Origin: Minisyncoccota bacterium
Lineage (GTDB): Bacteria > Patescibacteriota > Minisyncoccia > Phycocordibacterales > Phycocordibacteraceae
DNA: 58,174 nt
Assembly (NCBI GenBank): GCA_041658485.1
Contig: JBBAAE010000004.1
Coordinates: forward strand, 1 to 58,174
Direction of reading: 5' to 3'
Positions 54,883 through 58,174 of the stretch are shown here, one piece after another. The first letter of the stretch is position 1; each line of letters opens with the position of its first letter. Under the pieces are notes generated by a model. It was not told the DNA's origin. It saw nothing but the letters and a program-made list of their open reading frames with translations, and did no database searches. Made by a program: the position numbers and the translations under genes.

Positions 54883-55215
54883 CTATTCTCGATTTCTAAT
54901 CTCCAATTTTTCCATTTTTCTCTCTAGTGCTTTTTCTATGTCTATACCAGCTGCTTCTGCGAGAAAGAGTGACACAATAATGACATCGGCACATTCGTCA
55001 GCGAGCTCATCGTCCCCAGCCGCCATTATTTTTGATTTTCGTTGATATCCAAAACGAGCAAGTACTTGTTCCGCAAGTTCGCCAACTTCTTCGCCAAGTT
55101 TAACGGTGTAGGCGAGTAAGTGAGACGCGTCACCCCGCTCTTTCTTTTGAGTCTGCCAAATAATCGACTCTTGTTTTGTTACCCACGCTTTCAATGTGTC
55201 GGAGAGTAATGTCAT
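54883..55215 (-). CDS. MazG-like nucleotide pyrophosphohydrolase
   Basis: [13 protein letters not shown]...[10 protein letters not shown], the ExxE...ExxD pattern; coupled to ruvB by a 4-nt overlap. Confidence 0.85.
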   Translation of the reverse strand: MTLLSDTLKAWVTKQESIIWQTQKKERGDASHLLAYTVKLGEEVGELAEQVLARFGYQRKSKIMAAGDDELADECADVIIVSLFLAEAAGIDIEKALERKMEKLEIRNRE

Positions 55216-56243
55216 ATAAGTTTTTTTTGTACACCTTGTTTTCCTAAATGCTCGCGTGCGCGAGCTGTAACGATGCGACCTCGAGGGGTTCGTTCCAAAA
55301 ATCCTTCCTGCATTAAATACGGCTCATAGACATCCTCGATGGTTTGTTCATCTTCGGCTGCGGCAGCCGCAAGTGTTTTCACTCCAACAGGGCCACCTGC
55401 GAATTTTGTTATGAGTGCTTCAAGAATACGTCTATCAGAGGGAGTAAGGCCTGCCGTATCAATACCAATCATGGCGAGCGCTTTTTCTGCTGCTACTTTT
55501 GAGAGCGTTGTGCGGTCGAGTTGTGCAACATCACGGGATCGTTTCAGAAGGTAGTTTGCAGTGCGTGGAGTTTTTCGAGAACGCTTGGCAATTTCTTGAA
55601 GAGCGTCTGTGTCGGCTTCAATGCCAAGAATTTTTGCAGAACGAGCAAGAATTCGTTCGATTTCTTTTTCAGAATAAAAATCAAGTTGGAATACTCCGCC
55701 TGAAAAACGAGAACGAAGTGGTGCAGAAATAAGTCCTATGCGCGTAGTTGCCCCGACAAGTGTAAACGAGGGAAGTGCGAGTTCAATGGTTCGCGCCGAA
55801 GGACCTTTACCGATAATGATATCCAGCTTCCCAGCTTCCATGGCGGGGTAGAGAACCTCTTCAATTGTTTTATTGAGTCGATGTATTTCGTCGATGAACA
55901 ATACATCCCCAGGCTCTAGGTTAGTGAGAATTGCCGCTAGGTCACCTACGCGCTCAATAACAGGCCCTGCCGTTGCTCGCATGTTTGCACCAAGCTCTTT
56001 CGCCACAAGGTGTGCCAGGGTTGTCTTTCCAAGCCCAGGAGGACCATAGAGGAGTGTGTGCTCAGGCGCATGGTTTCTTTCTCTCGCAGCTGCTATAAGT
56101 ACGCGGAGGTTTTCCTTTACATTTTCTTGCCCCACGTATTCTTCCCAAGCCTCCGGCCGTAGAGTTTGGTCTAGGACGCGTTCTCCAGCTTCTTTTGGCT
56201 CCTCTTCCTCAGGATGAATCTTCTTTGATTGAGTACTTGACAT
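55212..56243 (-). CDS. ruvB: Holliday junction branch-migration helicase RuvB
   Basis: [45 protein letters not shown]. Confidence 0.97.
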   Translation of the reverse strand: MSSTQSKKIHPEEEEPKEAGERVLDQTLRPEAWEEYVGQENVKENLRVLIAAARERNHAPEHTLLYGPPGLGKTTLAHLVAKELGANMRATAGPVIERVGDLAAILTNLEPGDVLFIDEIHRLNKTIEEVLYPAMEAGKLDIIIGKGPSARTIELALPSFTLVGATTRIGLISAPLRSRFSGGVFQLDFYSEKEIERILARSAKILGIEADTDALQEIAKRSRKTPRTANYLLKRSRDVAQLDRTTLSKVAAEKALAMIGIDTAGLTPSDRRILEALITKFAGGPVGVKTLAAAAAEDEQTIEDVYEPYLMQEGFLERTPRGRIVTARAREHLGKQGVQKKLI

Positions 56244-56296
56244 ATATAAAAGCGTATGCTATCGTACCATTGTAACCCCGAAAGGGGTTTTATTCT

Positions 56297-56437
56297 AAAA
56301 AATCGTGCCCATCTAAGCAACGCCGTGGCATCATTGTAAGGATCTGCTGGAAGTCTGACTTCGGTTATTCTCTGGGAGTCTCCTCATCATTTGTTCCACC
56401 TTCACTGCAAGCGTTGTTTAGAGGGGTGCGATTTTTT
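56297..56437 (+). ncRNA. Putative 6S (SsrS)-like RNA
   Basis: Long rod: AAAATCGTGCCC/GGGTGCGATTTT and TCTAAGCAACGC/GCGTTGTTTAGA stems (G-U pairs valid only on +), a central bubble and an apical GAC-TTCG-GTT loop; terminator downstream. Confidence 0.45.
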
Positions 56438-56449
56438 ATTTTGGCACGA

Positions 56450-56485
56450 AATAAAAAACCCGAGGTCATCCTCGGGTTTTTTATT
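56450..56485. terminator. Bidirectional intrinsic terminator
   Basis: AATAAAAAACCCGAGG-tcat-CCTCGGGTTTTTTATT; overlaps the pilB stop codon. Confidence 0.85.
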
Positions 56486-58154
56486 TGAGTGTTTCTTCGA
56501 TTAAGACAACCCGATTTAGTTCGTCAAGTGAAGTAACTCCAGTCAAGACTTTCATGATGCCGTCCTCAACCATCGTTAATATTTCTTTTTTATGCTGGAG
56601 TGCCTGTATTTCATGCTCTGAAGGGGAGGTGCGAAGAAGTGCATCCATCTCGCTATCAATAACGACTGCCTCAAAAACACCAATACGGCCCTTGAATCCA
56701 GTGTTGTTGCAGACAGAGCACCCAGCAGGCTCAAATACTTTGGAAATGTCAGCGGGGATGGCGGTCTTATCTCGAAGACCTGCGAGTACTTTATCAACAC
56801 GCTCTTTGTTCTTACCTTCAAGAGGGACTTCTTTTTTGCATTGTTTACATAAGACTCTTACTAAGCGCTGTGCCATGGCGATATTGATTGCGGAACCAAA
56901 TACTTTTGGATCCACACCAAGATCAACAAGTCGAGGGAAGGACCCCGCGGCATCGTTGGTGTGGAGTGTTGAAAATACGAAGTGTCCTGTAAGCGCCGCG
57001 TCGATTGCCGTTTTTGCGACCTCTTCATCGCGGATTTCTCCGATCATGATGACATCAGGGTCTTGACGGAGTGCGGAGCGGAGCCCTTGAAGGAATGTGT
57101 AGTTTTTTTCATCCACCTGTGTTTGCACCAATCCAGCAACATGGTATTCCACGGGGTCTTCAATGGTAATAATTTTAATTTCTGAAGAATTAATTTTTTT
57201 CATACACGCATAAAGCGTGGTTGTTTTTCCGCTTCCTGTAGGCCCTGTATTTAAAAGCATGCCATTTGGATTACCGATTTCGCGCTCAATAAGTGCTCGC
57301 AATTTTGGCTCCATCCCCAGCGCTTCAAATGGTACTGAGATGGTGTCTGGGTTTAGGAGACGCATAACAACAGTTTCACCGTAGGCACCAGGAATAACAG
57401 AGGCACGAATTTCAATCTCTTTTGCATCCATCACAAGACTGAATCTGCCATCCTGTGGACGGTTTTTTAAATTCAGTTTAAGTCCAGAAAGAAGTTTTAG
57501 TCGTGACAAGAGAAGATTTGCTGTATCGAGGTCAAAGTTAATGACGTCATGCAACACACCGTCAAGACGATAGCGCAAGCGCACCTGATTTTGTTCGGGC
57601 TCGATGTGAATGTCCGATGCGTCAACTGCAAATGCTCCAGCGAGTACTACTTCCAGAATTTTTGAAACACGGTAGGCTCGTTTCATTTCAGTAACACTGG
57701 CGACTGCTTTTTGGATATCCTCAATCGTATGAATACTTTCAAGTACTTTTTTCAGCTCCGTTGGGGAGACATCTAAAACGCCCTGCTTTGATTCAACGGC
57801 AAATGAAAGATCTTTGTAGTGCTCCCAAGCTCTCGCTAAGGATGCGCGCGATACCAACACCTGTTCTACTGTGTATCCGCGCTTCTCTAAGTCTTCAAGG
57901 ATTGCAGGCAATTTAGGATGTTGTGGTGAGCGAACAGCGATGGTTAGTTTTTTACCCACAATGTCAAAGCCTGCGATTTCAGCGAGACGAGCTAAGGGCT
58001 CTTCTATGAGTCGGAGTGCGTCAGAATTAATTGAGACACGAGTCAGATCGAGATATCGAATGTCATACCTGTGTGAAAGCATAAGAGCGAGCTCCTCCTC
58101 TTCTCGTAGCTGGAGCTCTTTAAGTCGATTATCGGTGTCGTCAGTTTGTGTCAT
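56481..58154 (-). CDS. pilB: Type IV pilus assembly ATPase, PilB/GspE family
   Basis: ASDIHIEP, PQDGRF, GPTGSGKTTTLY, TIEDPVEY, LRQDPDVIMIGEIRD, STLHTNDA, CxxC...CxxC, GFKGRIGVFE. Confidence 0.92.
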   Translation of the reverse strand: MTQTDDTDNRLKELQLREEEELALMLSHRYDIRYLDLTRVSINSDALRLIEEPLARLAEIAGFDIVGKKLTIAVRSPQHPKLPAILEDLEKRGYTVEQVLVSRASLARAWEHYKDLSFAVESKQGVLDVSPTELKKVLESIHTIEDIQKAVASVTEMKRAYRVSKILEVVLAGAFAVDASDIHIEPEQNQVRLRYRLDGVLHDVINFDLDTANLLLSRLKLLSGLKLNLKNRPQDGRFSLVMDAKEIEIRASVIPGAYGETVVMRLLNPDTISVPFEALGMEPKLRALIEREIGNPNGMLLNTGPTGSGKTTTLYACMKKINSSEIKIITIEDPVEYHVAGLVQTQVDEKNYTFLQGLRSALRQDPDVIMIGEIRDEEVAKTAIDAALTGHFVFSTLHTNDAAGSFPRLVDLGVDPKVFGSAINIAMAQRLVRVLCKQCKKEVPLEGKNKERVDKVLAGLRDKTAIPADISKVFEPAGCSVCNNTGFKGRIGVFEAVVIDSEMDALLRTSPSEHEIQALQHKKEILTMVEDGIMKVLTGVTSLDELNRVVLIEETLK

Positions 58155-58174
58155 AGAGCAATAGTACCTTAAAG

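Noticed and set aside
637-58164. The many 60-190 aa antisense or alternate-frame ORFs in the track overlapping assigned genes
   Set aside because: They lie wholly within confidently identified CDSs and show no family motifs.
1-58174. Alternative genetic code (TGA recoded, as in Gracilibacteria)
   Set aside because: Conserved genes are full length under code 11 and several end properly at TGA (e.g. dnaA, jag, rnpA).

Overview
Core-chromosome window around the replication origin of a Patescibacteria (CPR, Parcubacteria-like) bacterium. The lineage is inferred from gene content, AT-rich leaders with few Shine-Dalgarno motifs, genetic code 11 and lineage-typical hypothetical proteins. It carries rny (3' end), hup, a trypsin-like protease, a YerC/TrpR-like repressor with hisG-hisIE, guaA, an ECF sigma with a DUF5667 partner, purB, yraN, four tRNAs, cca, xth, a Xer recombinase, rpsO-NYN-pnp, a DksA-like protein, comM, a LysM/M23 peptidase, pcrA and rsmA. 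These are followed by a ~14 kb VirB6/PrgI/VirB4/pilin T4SS-like locus, jag-yidC-rnpA-rpmH / dnaA-oriC-dnaN, PBP1A, tyrS, ruvC, ruvB and pilB. No CRISPR array, prophage, transposase or reverse transcriptase was seen. The most interesting signals are mostly non-coding. (1) Structured micro-elements follow three tRNA genes; each holds an inverted copy of its own host tRNA T-arm plus a downstream duplicate of the tRNA 3' end, and shared modules show compensatory changes. (2) A family of 7-nt-period TAG/CTA inverted arms occurs as empty hairpins or encloses cargo, including a four-helix-bundle gene inside the T4SS operon. (3) A cluster of parS sites is partly written into the yraN coding sequence next to two DnaA boxes. 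(4) Twin 32-34 bp perfect palindromic operators define a partial his mini-regulon. (5) There is also a double-hairpin dispersed repeat with covariation, a 6S-like RNA candidate and tandem zinc-finger micro-ORFs. All coordinates and counts were read by hand and need computational confirmation.
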